Under the pieces are notes generated by a model. That model was not told where the DNA came from. It saw only the letters and a program-made list of their open reading frames with translations, and made no database searches. Of a stretch of DNA of 64,000 nt, positions 12,686-26,790 are shown piece after piece. Source of the DNA: Vicugna vicugna (Eukaryota). Position 1 is the first letter of the stretch. Each line of letters starts with the position of its first letter. The translations under genes and the position numbers were made by a program. The stretch spans positions 1,672,229-1,736,228 of the forward strand of contig MU062317.1 of assembly GCA_013265495.1 (NCBI GenBank), in the 5' to 3' direction.

Positions 12686-12746
12686 CAGGGGGCACCCAGA
12701 CAAGGAGGGGGGCACCCAGATGGCAGGGGGGCACCCAGACAAGGGA
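12686..12746. repeat. Short minisatellite, three copies with a ggggcacccaga core (about 20-bp period)
   Basis: caggggg-cacccagacaagg / aggggggcacccagatgg / caggggggcacccagacaaggg. Confidence 0.75.
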
Positions 12747-13339
12747 AAAAGCCGGGGCAGGGGGAGGGGGCAGGGCAGCACCTGCGAGGACACTGCTGTA
12801 TTTTAGAAAAGAGACAGAAGACATTGTGCCCAGATCCAGAAAGCTCTATGAACCACAGCTGGGATAAATTCAGCATGTCCTCCTCTTCTGCAAGCCTGCT
12901 GAAATAGAAGGACAGAGGCCATTTTCAAGGCAGCTGAGGAGAAAGAAACGCATCACCTCCGGGGGAAGGACAGGGCGGGGGCCAGAGAGGACGTGTCAGG
13001 GGTGCGGAGAGGTCACTGCCCACCGAGACCCCACCCGGACGAATGTCCTCAAAAACGAAGGCAAGAGGAAGACGCCTGCACAGAAGCAAATCGGCCACTT
13101 GCCAGCAAGTCTGCGCCCAGGAACTGCCGCAGGAGCCTTTTGGGGAGGGAGGTGGTCCCGGAGGGAAGCGCCCCCGGCATTGCGAGGGGGTCCGAACGAA
13201 CGCCTATGCAGAGCAAAGGGACCACGGGACCGTGGGACGTGAAACGTGAACAGAAAGCACACATGTGCCAACAGCAAAAAACCAACAAGGGGGTCACACG
13301 GCTGAAGGGGTCTAAGCTCCCTGCCTCACCTGGAAAACA

Positions 13340-15250
13340 GTGAAAGCAGTGACTCAAGGTCGTTCCAAGAATGTGCCGTGATTTCTAAGGCAGCCAGAAC
13401 GTGAAAAACAAAGTTACATACTACTTAACAAAGCTAATAAAAGGCGGGCGGAGGGATGGAAAAATAGCACTTGATTAGACCAAAGGAAGGCGGGCCAGAA
13501 GAAAGAATGGTGTGGCCGATTATAAAGTACACAGCAAGATGACAGATTTAGCAGCAACTTGTCAGTATGATGTTAAATGTAAACGAATTAAACGCTTTAG
13601 TTAAAAGACAGGGATTGTCAGACCAGGTGAAAAACAACTACCTTCTTGTTTATAAGAGCCATTTCCAAAATACGATACAGAAAAACTGAAAGTAAAGGGA
13701 TGGAAAAAACACACACATGAACACTAAGCTCCCCTCGCCCTGCATGTAGTCAGCCATGTTAATACCAGCAGAGGAGACTTCAACGTTAAAAACACTTCTT
13801 ATCTCGAAGAGCAGCATTTCACGATGATAGAAGTGCTGGTTCAAAAGGAAGACAGTGATCCTAAATCTGTGTGCACTCAACACAGCACGAAATACATGGA
13901 GAACAAAATTACAAGGAGAAAGATAAATCCCCAAGAGGTTAGTATCTATAGATGTTAAAGTCCTTTTAAAAGACAATACAAGTGTGAACTACGTCAGTAA
14001 GTGTGATTTAGACCTTGGAACAGCCTTAACATCACAACTTACTGAGGGTGACGAAAGAAATACACAGTCTGAGTAGCCGGATTTGTATCTTGAAATCAGC
14101 CCTTGGACCTGACACATTCCCATAAAGGAGACTCGAAGCTCACAGGCTTTACTGGGGAAGTCTTCCAAATAATCAACGCAGAAACGGTATCAATCTTACA
14201 TAAACCTTCCCAAGAACTTAAAAAAGCTCAGTTAATTTTATAAGGCCAACGTGTACCCCCATGTTTAACTCTGAAAACATTACAAAGAAAGAACATTAGA
14301 GTCAATCTCGCTCATAAACGTAGCTGCAAAAATACCAGACAAATACCAGCAAACTGCATCCAGCAGAATGCAGAAAGGAAGACACACTGCGACAAGCGCG
14401 TGCCCTAAGGGAATCCGGGGCCGGTGCTGCCCGCAGAGCCAGTCAGCACAGCTCGCCTCGCTGACGGGATAGCAACGTGTGTTAAGAGGTGAGGGGAGAA
14501 GAGCGGCGGATAAAATTCTGCACCGTGCAGGATAAAACGCTCACCCAGGAGGAAAGCAGAACCTCCGAAGTTTGACGGTGAAACTGAGATCGAGAACCGC
14601 CTCTGCCCACGATGGTTCAGGAAGACAAGCAGGGCCAGCGCTACAAGGCAGCAATGAAGCTTTGGAAAAGCGACAGTAAAAGCCGCCCACTGGCGAAGCG
14701 GTGGTGTGTACAGGAAACCCAGCAGAGCGTGCACACAGAGCACTGGGGTTAGTACGCGAGTTTACCGAGGCCGCAGGACCAGCAATTCACTGCGCCTCTC
14801 CACACATCTCTATAAACAAATAAATAGAAGATACAATCATAAAGCAATGCCACTTGAAGCAGCATAAAAACGTAAGTGCCAGCGACGTGCTCAAACGGGG
14901 CCTGGGCAGGGCTGCTCCACACAGGGCTGCTCACTTGACAGAAAGAATTTACAGACGCTAAACGCACGTTCACAAATTAGGAGCCCCGATACTGCAAAGC
15001 CGCCGGTTTCCCTATGTTGATCTATGAACTCAATTGCAAGCCCAATAAAAAAAACCTCATTGAGTTTTGGGAAATTTATAACCAACTGTAAAACGTGTTT
15101 AGAAATGGAAAAAGCAAAAAACAGCCAAGATAATCCTGAAGAAAAACAAAGCTGGGGGACCTACACACATGATATGAAAGTTCCTATAAAGCTGAGTTAA
15201 AACAGTGTGAAATTGGTGCCAAAGGCCAGTGGGCCAGAAGCCCAGGAAGG
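13340..15250 (+). mobile_element. Degenerate L1 ORF2 remnant (endonuclease to 3' ORF2, internally deleted)
   Basis: ttaaatgtaaacgaattaaacgctttagttaaaagacagggattgtcagacc (endonuclease LNVNGL-type region); cagccaagataatcctgaagaaaaacaaagctggggg. Confidence 0.8.
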
Positions 15251-15654
15251 GGCCCCCCACAGACCACTTACGACAAAGCTGTCACTGAAACGTGGTGAGA
15301 CGGGGCAGGTGACCTTGACCCGGGTCTCACCCCCCGCCCACGTCACTCCCAGGAGCTGCAGGACTGAGGGCAGCTTGTGACTTGGCGGGAGAGGGCGTGT
15401 TCGGGGTCAGAGGTCGAGGGGAAACTTCTTCAACAGGATACAAAAGGCACTGATCATAGAGCAAGACTTCATTTTCCGTCCGTCAAGAGACAGGCAAGCC
15501 TCTGGGTGAGGGAGGGCGTCGCATCCACACACACAGAGCTTCTGCAAACCAACACGGCAGGCGCGTAAACGCCTGGATTGTCTCTGAACAACCAGACTTT
15601 GAAACAGAGCAGAAGACGTAGAGTGGGTCTTAATGTGTTAATAAAGTCCAACTG

Positions 15655-15828
15655 CAAAACACGTTTCTTCTGTAGAGCACAGGGAACTGTATTCAGTACC
15701 TCGCAGTCACCTACGGTGAAGAAGAAAATGGAAAGGAATGCACGTATGTTCAATGTATGACTGAGCCACTACGCTGTCCACCGAAATTGCCACAACAGTG
15801 TAAATGGACTAAACTTCAATTAAAAAAA
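15655..15828 (+). mobile_element. L1 3' end (artiodactyl-type tail)
   Basis: gcacagggaactgtattcagtacc...tgtatgactgagccactacgctgtccaccgaaattgccacaacagtgtaaatggactaaacttcaattaaaaaa. Confidence 0.8.
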
Positions 15829-18109
15829 CTGACTGCACTAAAAGAATAAAAAAAGACACCCTGGGGACCACTGGAGCAAGCTGGTGGGGAAACTGCTTAT
15901 TCCCCCGAGACCTTAAAGGCCAAGAAAATGAGAAGATGCTTAACCTCAGGGGTGAAGAGAAGTGTGAATCAGGGCCCCCATCCGATGCCACTGGCGTCTG
16001 CTCTGCTATCAAAAAGCTCTGACAACCCAGGGGCCGGGAAGGATGTGGGAGAGGCACCCCCACCCCGACCGGAGGACCTGTGAGGGATGGGCCGTCACAG
16101 CCGTGCTCCTGGCACATGGCTCCGGGAAGCCTCGCAGTGTCCACTGAATGCCGAGGGGACTGGCTTCAGGTTGGGGGCCGGGCGTCCAAGGCAGGATTAG
16201 AGGACTGGATCATTCAGCCCCACGCCTGACACCAGGGGAGGCAAGACGGACCGCAGGTTGAGTTCATCACCAGTGGTCAATGATTCCATCAATCACTCCA
16301 TGAGACGTCCGTCAGAACTCCCACATGGCGGGGTTTGGAGGCTTCCGGGTCAGGAACACAGGGAGGTGCTGGGGTGCTCCCGGAGAGCGTGTGGGGGCTC
16401 CCAGCGCCCCAGACCTCGCCCTGTGCATCTGGTCCACCTGGCTGCTCCCCAGCGCTGTTCTCACTAAGCCAGGAAGCCTACGGCAGGTGTCTGCCCGAGT
16501 TCCACGTGCTGCTCTAGCAAACGACCAAACCCGAGCAGGGTCCTGGGAACCCGGTGCCCTCTGGCTGGTCAGAGGCACACGTGGGGACCTGGGGCCTGGG
16601 ACTGCAGGCTGAAGCGGCGGCTGTGCTGTGGGACCCAGTCCTTGACCTGTGGGGTTGGCGCTGACCCTGGGTGGACGGCATCAGAACTGAGCTCAGCCGC
16701 AGGACACCCAGCTGGTGCCAGGCCTGGTTGCTCGCAGGGAAAAAACGACTCAACTCGTGTCAGAACACAGTGCGGAGTGTAAACCGGCACAACCACCTTA
16801 CAGAAATGTTTGTCAGAATCAAATGAAGCTGAACAGACACGCACCCGTCCCCTGGGCGTACAGCCCTCGTGCCGGTGCCCCGCTGCACACCACGTACGAG
16901 CCACTCACACGACACGGCAACCAAGCCTCTTCCCCCGAAGTCTGGGGCCCTAGACTGGCGGCCCTGAGGATGGTCAGTAGGCCGCTCTCCACACGTCAAC
17001 ACCATCCTCCCGACCTCAAAGATCTGGGGGGCGGGTCCCCGTCTCTCTACAACATCAATGACCTTGACTGTCCCCCCCACAGACCCCCACTCCTCAGAAC
17101 TGCCCACCTCCGAGGACGGGTCTGCGACCGCACCCAGCCCTCCCCTCTGCCCTGATGACGGCCCACCTCCGCGACGCTCCTTCTCGAAACTAAAAGGCCA
17201 ACAGCTGTGAGAAACACCATTATTTTAGGTGCCACCAGGAAAGAAAAAAATGTTGCCAGCTAACCTGGGACACACAGGACGCACCCAACAGCAGAGACGA
17301 CGGGAAGTGAGAGGTCCGCCCCGGCACTGACAGAGCGGTGCGTGTCTGGGGGCTGCTCCCGGCTCTTCTGAAAGGAAACCATCCTGTCCCTCGCCCCACA
17401 CGGATCTTTTCCACTTGGGTAGAGATCTGGGGACCTCGATGGGCAGATGGTTGGACAGGAGGCTGGACCCGCACATGTGCCAAATTTGTGTAAATCCTGA
17501 GTGTGAGGAACAAATCCTAAGAAACAAGGTCTGGGGAAAGGATCTGGACCACCTGAAGCGGGAGCTCAGAGAGGGTCTGCAAAGGCGGGCTTGTCCCAGG
17601 CAGGGCTGGGCTCCAGCAGTGAGCTTGGGGGGGCGGGGCTGCAGAGTCAGTGTCCCCGGTACCCAGGCCGGTGGCAGCGTAGTGACAGCAGCGAGGGGTG
17701 AGGAGGGTGGTTATCCCAGATGAGCAGCCCTGGAAGGCAGATCCGAAACCAGATCAAGAGGCTGGGGGTCACCCTAATTCCAGTGGACCCACAGGCTGTG
17801 TGGCCTCTCCCTCACCTTTCCTTCCCTTGGGCTCCTCCCAGCCTTGACCCAGCGCCCGTCACACCTCATCTTCCCCAAGTCCCCAGACCCTCCTCACTGC
17901 CTCTCCCCCAGACGCCTAGTGGCATGTGCCCCCTCCAGGGTGCGCCCCACCCCTGTCACCCTCCCAGGCCCCACCTGGCTGCTCGTCTCACCTGTCCCCC
18001 TTCCCTGGCTCTCATCCCCACCCTCGGCTCCTTGACCGATGTGTGGTCCCCTCTTGGCCCCTCCAGGTGGTCCCCAAACACCTTCCCAATCTTTTCTCCC
18101 CCACCTCAC

Positions 18110-18340
18110 CCACGGTTACAGACTGAACGTCTGTGTCCCCCCGAATTCCTGCATTGGAGTCCTGACCCGGCGTGATGATATCAGGGCCAGGTGAGGTCGG
18201 GAGGGAGGGGCCCCCATGATGGGATTAGTGTCCTAATAGGAGGAGGAAGGGGCCAGAGCAGGGGACCCAGCAGGAAGGAGGCCATCTGCCACCAGCAAGA
18301 GGGCCCCCACCGGAGCCTGACAAACCGCGCTGGGATGGCA
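18110..18340 (+). mobile_element. MLT1A-like LTR fragment (MaLR)
   Basis: gactgaacgtctgtgtccccccgaattc...ccccatgatgggattagtgtcctaatagga. Confidence 0.75.
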
Positions 18341-19694
18341 GGTGCGGCACCCGGGGGGACCCAGGTGGCCACCACGTCTGAGCTCCCGAGCCACCAGCAC
18401 TGCCCCCACCCCGCCAGGTCCCTCTCCTTACACCCACCCTGCAGGGCTGCACTCCCAGCAGCCAGGCCAGGCCACGTGCAGGGAGATGGTTTGAGGGTGG
18501 GCAAGGGACCAAGGGCACAAGGAGCTGGTGGCCCCCGGACGCGGCGCTGAGTGTGAGCCGGTGTCAGCCCCGCCCAGAGTTGCTGCCATGGTCGGCGCTC
18601 CCCCCGTCTGGGCCCCTCCGCGGGCATCCTGATGAGGGTGAGCCCGCGGCTTATAACTGGGCGTGCTTTAGTGTCTGCTACTGCATATGATCAGCAGGGC
18701 AACCCAGGGAGGAGGAAAGGCGACTATCGCGCACCCACTTACAGGTGAGCCAGCCGAGGCCACCCAAGGCCAGGCCAAGGGGCTCCAAGAGCTGGAGGTG
18801 GCTCCAGGCTCCCCCCACCCCAGGGCCCCGTCTGGCCCTCATTCTCACCCAGGGAACCCTCCAGCGGGGCCCAGAGCCCCCAACACCAGCGCGCCTGGAA
18901 GCACCTATGGTCAGCTGACAGCCGCCCCCCAGACGTGCCCCCGCCCTTGTCCCCGGAGCCTATGGGTGTGCTGCCCTACAAGGAAAGGGGACTTCGCTGG
19001 GGAGAGGAGGTTACGGACCCAGGGGCGGGATTATCCGGGATTATCCGGGTGGCCCAATGTCACCACAAGGTCCTTGTGAGAGAGAGGCAGGTGGTCAAAG
19101 ATGGGATGACAGACACCCACGGGTGCCCCCTCATCCCGGCCCCAGGGTCACGCAGGGCACCTCTAATCTGTGGACACCCCCATGGTCATCCATGGTTGTC
19201 AAAGGCACCTCTCCTGCTGCCCCCCAGGACGAGGATCAGCCCCTCTGTTCACATTGTCACTGTCCCGTGCAGCAGGTGCCCTGACAGGACCTGGCCCAGG
19301 GGCACATGCACACAGTGAGGAGCTCGACTCTGGAGCATCCTCAGGACACGTTACAGGGGTGCGGGGGGATACAGCCCACCCCCTGACATCGCTCAGCCAG
19401 CAAGCAGGCAGACCCCACCCCGGGCACCGAGGGCAAGGCAGGCAGCCTGCTCTGCTCAGGTGCGTGGATGAGCCTCGGGGCCTCGCTGTGCAGAGGGCAA
19501 GGGGCTGGTCCCGACAGCTGCACGCCGCACGGCTCCACCTGCAGGACACTCAAGATGCCACAGCATGGAGGTGGACAGAGCTGGAAACCGGCCAGCGGCC
19601 AGCAGGGGTCAGCGATGGGGTCACAGTAGGGGGACCAGAAGGGCAGCCCAGGCTGGAACATCCTGCACTCGGACTGGTCACACACGTGATGAAT

Positions 19695-19999
19695 GCAGCC
19701 GCTGTGGCGACGTGGCAAGGGTTCCAGACCACGCAGTGCAGCAAGTGCCACGACAGGGCCCTGAATTTCTGGTTTCCCAGTGCGTGTGAAGTGACGTTTA
19801 CACTCTGCTGTCGTCTGAAGTAGGCAGCAGCTTTATGTCGGAAAAACCTACGCACTCACCTTAATAAAAAAATACTTTATTGCTAAAAGTGCTAACCACC
19901 ACCTGACAACGCAGGGTTGCCACAAACCTTCAATTTGTAAAAAACACAGTATCTGTGAATTGCAAAAAGCAAAACACAGTAAGAGGAGGCGCGCCTGTA
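19695..19999. mobile_element. Tigger1-derived MITE (Tigger1a_Art-like)
   Basis: Both Tigger1 ends are joined by an internal deletion (ggttccagaccac...tactttattgctaaaa...gcagggttgccacaaaccttcaatttgtaaaaaac...cctg-TA). Confidence 0.85.
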
Positions 20000-22900
20000 A
20001 CAGAGCCATTAACTCGGCTGCAGCTGGCCGGTCTGCCGCTGCATTAGCCACACGGATGTGACCGCTGCTCCTGTAATTTCCAACAACAGGCCTTATTCTA
20101 ACTGATTAAAAAGCAAACCTTAAAAAAACGAGGCAGTGGAGGAAACTGAAGCGCACACTACCCATCTGGAGGCACTAAAAATGACAGTAAATGTGCTGTG
20201 TTTGGTGACACAGCTGTCGCAGGACGCTCGTCTTTCAGAGGTCTCTGCCGAGGTGTTTTTTATGGACAGTGTGATGTCTGGGGTTTGGGGCGGGGACAGA
20301 GGGGCGAAGGCCGGTCAGAAGAGGGGATGGACCTCGGTGAGGCTTCGCCGTCAATTCTTTGTGCTTCTGTAAATGCTCAGAATTTTTCATAACAAAAAGT
20401 TTCTTAAAAAACCCAAGACACTCATTTCTACAGTCTGGTTTTCACTCCACCCCGAGCTGGAGCCCCGCTCCCCGCACTGCCAGCCCTAGGGGGAGCAGGC
20501 TCTGTCTTCGTGAGCCACGCTCGGGAGGGCCGCTCAGTCAGCTGGGGCTGTCGGCCCGTCTCCCCACAGTTGCACACGCACGGGGGATGAGGAAGCAGCG
20601 ACCCCCACGGACAAGCCAGGAAGAGACCAATGAGGAACAAGAGCGAGGCCTCAGAGAGACAGACACAGAGAGAGAGATGACGGACGTGGGGTCTCCCTTC
20701 TCTCATCCTGTTGCTGTCCTGGGACCTTGTTGAGGACCAGGGAGGGCCCTCAGCTGCAGACTCACCCCAGGCCACGTGGACAGTGCTGTCCACCCAGCAC
20801 GAAGGACTCCCGTTCCCGCCTCAACACCTCACAGCAGCTGGCCAGCTCCTCCTGGCGGCCGTCAGCCACGTGACCACCTTGCCCTAAATCCATTTAGCTT
20901 GGACGTGCATTTAGCGAGACCGACATCCACCAGAACAACCAACCACTGCACTCCGTCCACTAGCAGACCGGCAGGGAAGAGCCCCGTTCTGTTAACAGCG
21001 AGCCCCGGGCTGGCTCAGGACCGCCTCCCCCTGGCCCAGCTCCTTTCCCTCCGTGTCCGCACGCAGCCTGCAGGCCCTTCTCCGCAGCCAGGGACAAACC
21101 AGGGACAAACCAGCTCCCGGTCATCCGCAGGCACAGAGCGCCGCCTCCTTTCTGAGTGTAAACAGCGCTGGGCCAGTGAGAAGGGGCAGCGTGACCACGA
21201 CACCCAAGTGCACGTGCACCTCTGAAGCCACGTGGCGGGAAAGCCCTCGGTGCACAGGAGACTGGCACCGGGATGGCACCTTCCCACGAACGCGGGGTCT
21301 TCAGCGTCCTCGCCGAAATGGTGCCATGAGGTCGGCACACACACTGAGGCTGCTGCCGATTAATGGGAATAAACCAGAGCTCAGTCTGGGCGAGGCTGGC
21401 CATCCTCGACTGAGGAAGTAACTGGACGCATCTGACCATGAACGGGGGCTGCGGGTGGAGCGTGAACACCTCTAACCCCGAAGGCTACTCCCCTACTCGG
21501 AAGATGGTGCCTGCGCACCTGCCCACGCCCGCCTGTCCACGAGAGATCCACCGTCCAGTTCTCCCTTTCCTGGTCCTCCCAGGTCCTGCCAATCTTTTCC
21601 CAGCACTGGACTCCTGCCCCTTTTCCCTGACCCTCTGCTGCCACTGTCTGGCCTTGTGGGCAGCAGTGGGCTCCCCAGGCCTGCTGACCCCACCCCAGCC
21701 CGTCCAGCACAGAAGGACCTCCGTCCACACTGGCACCACATGGCTCCTACCTCACAACGGCTGCAGGACAGGCCCCAGCTTCCCTCTCCTCCCCCGCATC
21801 TCCAGCCTCACCGGGACCCTCAGCGTCTGAGCTCCATCCACAGCAGGCCCAGGTGTGCCTCACCCCCTCCCCGCTGGGACAGTCCCCTCCCTCTCCCTCC
21901 TCTCCACTTACATGGCTCGATGCGCCCGCAGGCTCACCTGTCTGCACCCTCTCCCCTCTGAAGCACAAACTCCATGCGGACAGGTGGTACCATCCTGGCC
22001 CTTCAACCAGACACAGTCACCACGGGGCCATGCACACAGGAGGCCCTGAGGAACAGGCAGTCCGTGATCATTAAGTCCACCATCTTTTCCTGCTGCTCCG
22101 GGTAAGTGCCCAGCATCCCCCGGCCGCCGTGCCCAGCCTCACGGCTCTGCGGGGCCCTGAGCCCAGGTTTTAGCCACAGAGAACGTACCCACGTGACCCC
22201 AGTTCGGCTGTTGGGCTGCTGACCGCATTCAAGCCTCCCCTTTCCCCCATATCTTGGGGAGCTGATGAGAAAAAGCCCAGATGCCACCTCCTTTGGTGCC
22301 AAGGGAGGTTCACACCCTGACACCCGGCCCAGCTCACCAGCTTCACCCCAGTCCCACCACTAAAACCCAAGCTGCCTCCTTGAGTCCTTTGGGACCGGCT
22401 CGCGAGCCCACCCTGCTCTCCCCCAAGAGCCTCACGACGTGAACAAGGAACAGCCCAGATTACGAGGTGGGGGAGATGCCAGGAGCGCAGACACCGGGAG
22501 GCACTGGGCACCCCTGGCCGGGAGCAGGCAGTGTCACCCCTGGTCCCTGCCCGCACAGCCCCTAATTTAGCCTCCTCCTAGACGGTGCATTCCTCGAGGG
22601 CAGGAGCTGTACCCACATCTGTCCTCACCGCAGTCTCGATGGACAAACAGCGCTGACGTTTAAGCACCAACACCTCCCCGTCTGAGGGCCCCAAGGGAGC
22701 AGTGGGTTCCCGCAGAGGGAGAGGCTTCCCTGAGAAAACGACTCCTTCAGTTGTCGTGATGTTAAAGACTCGTCGGGGTGGCGTCAGTAGCCGTGAGGGC
22801 TGGGGCGGTGGGTTCACAGCGCACGGGGGCGGGCTGGGGCAGGCCTGTGGGCATCCCCTCTCCATCTGCCAGCAGCACGCACCCCCCTTCCTTTGAGAGA

Positions 22901-24689
22901 AGTGTTGCCCCCCCAGACAGAGAGGCCTCCTTAGAGGAAACCAGTAAAAGCAGCAGTGGGGCTGGGCCGGCTCGGCCGCGCCTTTGCTTCCCGACCATTT
23001 GCGGGGAGGGGGCTGCGTTTTCAGATGTCTTCTCTGCAAAGTTGTAATAAAGAGAAGAAAACACAGCAGTTTCTAGGAACCTAGAAGCAAACAAAAGCCC
23101 ACATCAGACCTTAAGGAAAAGAACATAAATTCAAACAAATCCTGGGGCAGAGCAGGGGGAGTGGGTGGGGAGGACCCACTTGGGGACCACCCACCTCCTG
23201 GCCTGTCGCCCTCCTGACCTGGGGGCCCAACCCAGAAGGACGCCCCTGCACCCCCAGGCGGCTCGGCTGTGCGAGGTCAAGAGGAAAAGGGGAGGAGCGG
23301 GAGAAAGCTGGACTGGTGCTCCAGACCCCCATCCACAGTCTTCCCTCATGAAGAGGGTCCCACGGGAGGGACGTGAACCCTGTGCGGGACTTCCCTGAGT
23401 CCCGTCGGCAGGCTGACCCTGCTGCGTGCTGCGACGTGTCCGGGACACACGCGTCTCTGCCTGAGTCAGTGCTGTGTCTACTCTGTGCCTACTGCGTATC
23501 ATTAAGAATCGGCTCCGCGTCCCTTACTACCTGGGACGCGTCCGCCACGTGTCTGCTCTGTCCCCTCTGCCTCCGATGGGTATCAGATGCTGGTCCAGAC
23601 TGAGGATCCACTGGGAGGCAGGCTCTGACATCTCCACTTCCCAGGCCGGCCGGCCGGCGGGGCTCATGAAACAGCGGCACGGTGAGGACTCCAGGTCAGC
23701 TCGGTATTTCCAAAGCCCGCCGGAGCCTTGAACTCCAGGTAACAGAGCAGCAGACACGGTGGGGGGGGGCACAGTGGGTAGGGAAACACGGGCTCACGCA
23801 GAGGTCCCTGGGCCCGCTGGGGCCTGTGTCTGCGCACAGCTGCCTCCCAGGGCTGCTCGGGGCGCGGGGTTAGGGAGGACAAGCAATTGGGCAGCTGTGA
23901 GCCCTGCTGGGGAGGATAGTGCAGAGCACGGAGCGGGCAGCACCAGGTGCTGGGCCTCACACCGGCTCCGCAAGGCCACCACTCCCAGGGTCAGGGAGCC
24001 CTGTCCTAGGTCCTGCAGCCACTGGTGACACAGGCCACGCTCGACCGAGGTCATCTGACTCGTGGTCTCAACAGCTGAGCCAGAAGGAATGAATGAATGA
24101 GGAACGAACAAATGAATGAAACACACAAGCTGAAGGGAGAACAAGGAAATAGGAAACAAGCCTCAGGCCTCCCCCGCCCCCCTAGTGGTCCCCACGGCCT
24201 CACGGCCAGGGCAAAGGAGAGCAGGGGACCCAGGGCCACCCTGGGGGGGGGCGCCCACTGGCCTCCCTCTGGTTACTGGACTCATCTGGTGTGTTTTTTT
24301 CAGATTTCTCAGATCATGTTTGAGAGTCAACAGAGCTCTAGTAATTAAACACACAAAAGGGGCCCGCTTCTCCTTGAGATGAAGGCTTTCGAGAGGTTTT
24401 AAGAATTTGCTGGAGGTGGGGAGGAAGCCCCGAGATCTCACAGCTAAATTCTGACGCAGGGCTTATGTGCTGCTGTCAGAGCCCTCTACGACGGAGAATC
24501 TTTTCATGTCTTTTTACCAAAAAAGTAACTATTTCCTCAGTGTCTTACTCTTCAGAAAGTCAGACCCAAGGAAGTCAGGGAAGTGCCGGGAGCCCAGGGC
24601 CTCCGGGAGGCGGCCGGCATCACGGGGGCGGCCTCTCGCCGCGCCCCCACCCCCACTGCCCAGGAGCGTTGCGAAGATTACCCACCAAT

Positions 24690-26790
24690 AAGGCACATCT
24701 CGGGGACGCTGTGGGTTTGGTTCTAGCAAGTATAAAGCAAATGTTGCCATGAAGTGAGTCACACACACGTCTGGATTCCCAGGGCCCATGAAAGGCACGT
24801 GCACGCTCGCCTGCAGTCCACCCCCTGCGCCGCAGCTCGGTGTCTGGAGCCCGAGCGCACGCCTCGCTGGCGGGAAGCACGGCCAGCAGCAGGCCGTCCC
24901 GTCTTGCCGCCGCAGGGCCTTCCCCGACGCGGGCCCTGCGCTCGTGGCTGCAGGCTGGGGCGGTTTCTTCACGCAAGACCACAGCGACGCCCATCACGAA
25001 CACTGGCTCTCCCTTTCCTGAGTCACTGCTCAAGCAGGCGACGCTGTTTGATTGCATTGTAGTCACAGAAGAACTTCCTTCAAAATCGGAGTCAGTCCTC
25101 TCAAACCTGCCGCCGTTTTATCAACTAAGTCTATGGAACATTCTACATCTTTGCTGTGATTCCAACACCTTTCACAGCACCTTCCCCAGGCGTGGCCTCC
25201 CCCTTGAGAAACCGCTTCCCTTGCTCATCCAGAAGCACCTCCTCCCCCTGCAAGTCCCCCCGAGGCTGCAGCGACTCAGACCCACCTCCAGGCTCCAAGT
25301 CTCAATCTCGTCCCCTTGCTGTCCCCACCACGTCTGCAGCAACTTCCTCCTCCGAAGCCTTGAGTCCCTCAAAGTCATCCATGACGGCTGGAATCGACTT
25401 CCTCCAAACTCTCTGAGCTTTCCCCGTGAATCATGCCTGCTCCTTGTGGCACCTAGAGTGGAAAACCTTCCAGAAAGGACTCACCGACGACCTTGCCCAG
25501 GCCATCAGAGGAGTGTCCATGGCAGCTGCAGCCTCACGAAATGCATTTCTTAAACAGTAAGGCCTGAAACTCCCTGATCCCTGGGCTGCAGAAGGGACGC
25601 TGTGTCAGGAGGCACGGGAACAACGTGAAAGCCTGTCTGTCACCGAGAGCTCTGGGGGCCGGGGGCCTTGTCGACGGGCAGGAATATTTCAAAAGGGATC
25701 TTTTTTCTTTTTGGAGCAGGTGGTCTCGACTGTGGGCTAAGACACTCAGTAAGCCGCGTGGCAAACAGGTGCGGCCGTCCAGGTCTTGCTGTCCACGTGC
25801 AGAGCCCAGGTGGAGGAGACCTAGCGTCATTCGGAAGGGCCCGGGGTTTTCAGACGGTCAGTGAGCACCGGCTTCCGCTCCAAGTCGCCAGCTGCTCGAG
25901 CCCCTAACAGAGAGCCAGCCTGTCCCGTGACGCTGTGAAGCCAGGCGCGACTCCTCTCCAGCCGTGAGAGTCCAAGAGGGCATCTTCCTCCAACATAAGA
26001 CTGTTTCGTCTACACTGAAAAACCGCTGTTCAGTGGGGCCACCCTCACGCACGACCCGAGCGGGATCTCCTGGGGAACCAGCTGCAGCTCCCACGTCGGC
26101 ACCTGCTGCCCCACCCGCACCGCGACGCTGCGAGGATGGCTTCTCTCCCTCGACCTCATGAACCAGCCTCCGCCGGCTGCAGGCTCTCCTTCTGCAGCTT
26201 CCTCGACCCTCTCAGCTCCTCAGAACCGAAGGGGCCAGGGTCTTGCTCTGCACGAGGTTTTGGCTTCAGGGAAGGTTGTGGCTCGTTTCACCCTCTGGCC
26301 GACCATGAAGCTTTCCTCTGTATCAGCAGTAATGCTGTTTCGCTTCCTTATCGTTTGAGGGTTCACTAGAACAGTACTTTCAATTTCCTTCAAGAACTTT
26401 TCCTTCGCAGTCACAGCTCGGCGCAGCTTTCAGCCTGTCTCGACTTTCAGACCACCTCTAGCTTTTGATTTAAGGTGAGAGACATGTGACTCTTCCTTCC
26501 ACCTGACCACCTAGCTGTAGGGATATTAACTGGCCCAATTTCAACCTTGTTGTGTCTGGGAAGAGGCAGGCCCGAGGGAGGGAGGGAGACGGGGAAGGGC
26601 TGGTGGGTGGAGCAGTCAGAACACAGAGTTACTAAGTCCACCATCCTAGATGGGCGTGGTGCGTGTCGGCCTCGAAGAATTACAGCAGTAACATCCCAGA
26701 TCACTGCTCGCACAATGCGGCATGATGAAGTCTGAAATGCTGGGAGAATCACCCCCTGAGCCTCCCGACAGTGTCGGACAAGGTCGTCCA
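24690..26790 (-). mobile_element. Near full-length degenerate Tigger1 DNA transposon (TcMar)
   Basis: ORF 26414-26220 AKEKFLKEIESTVLVNPQTIRKRNSITAD resembles Tigger1 transposase. The DNA follows the Tigger1 consensus as I recall it from the end near 24691 (aggcacatctcggggacgctgtgggtttggttctag) through 25080-25560 and 25870-26720. No intact ORF. Confidence 0.9.

Noticed and set aside
20776-20793. 8-2-8 inverted repeat GTGGACAG-TG-CTGTCCAC
   Set aside because: Too short for a miRNA or structured RNA; expected by chance.
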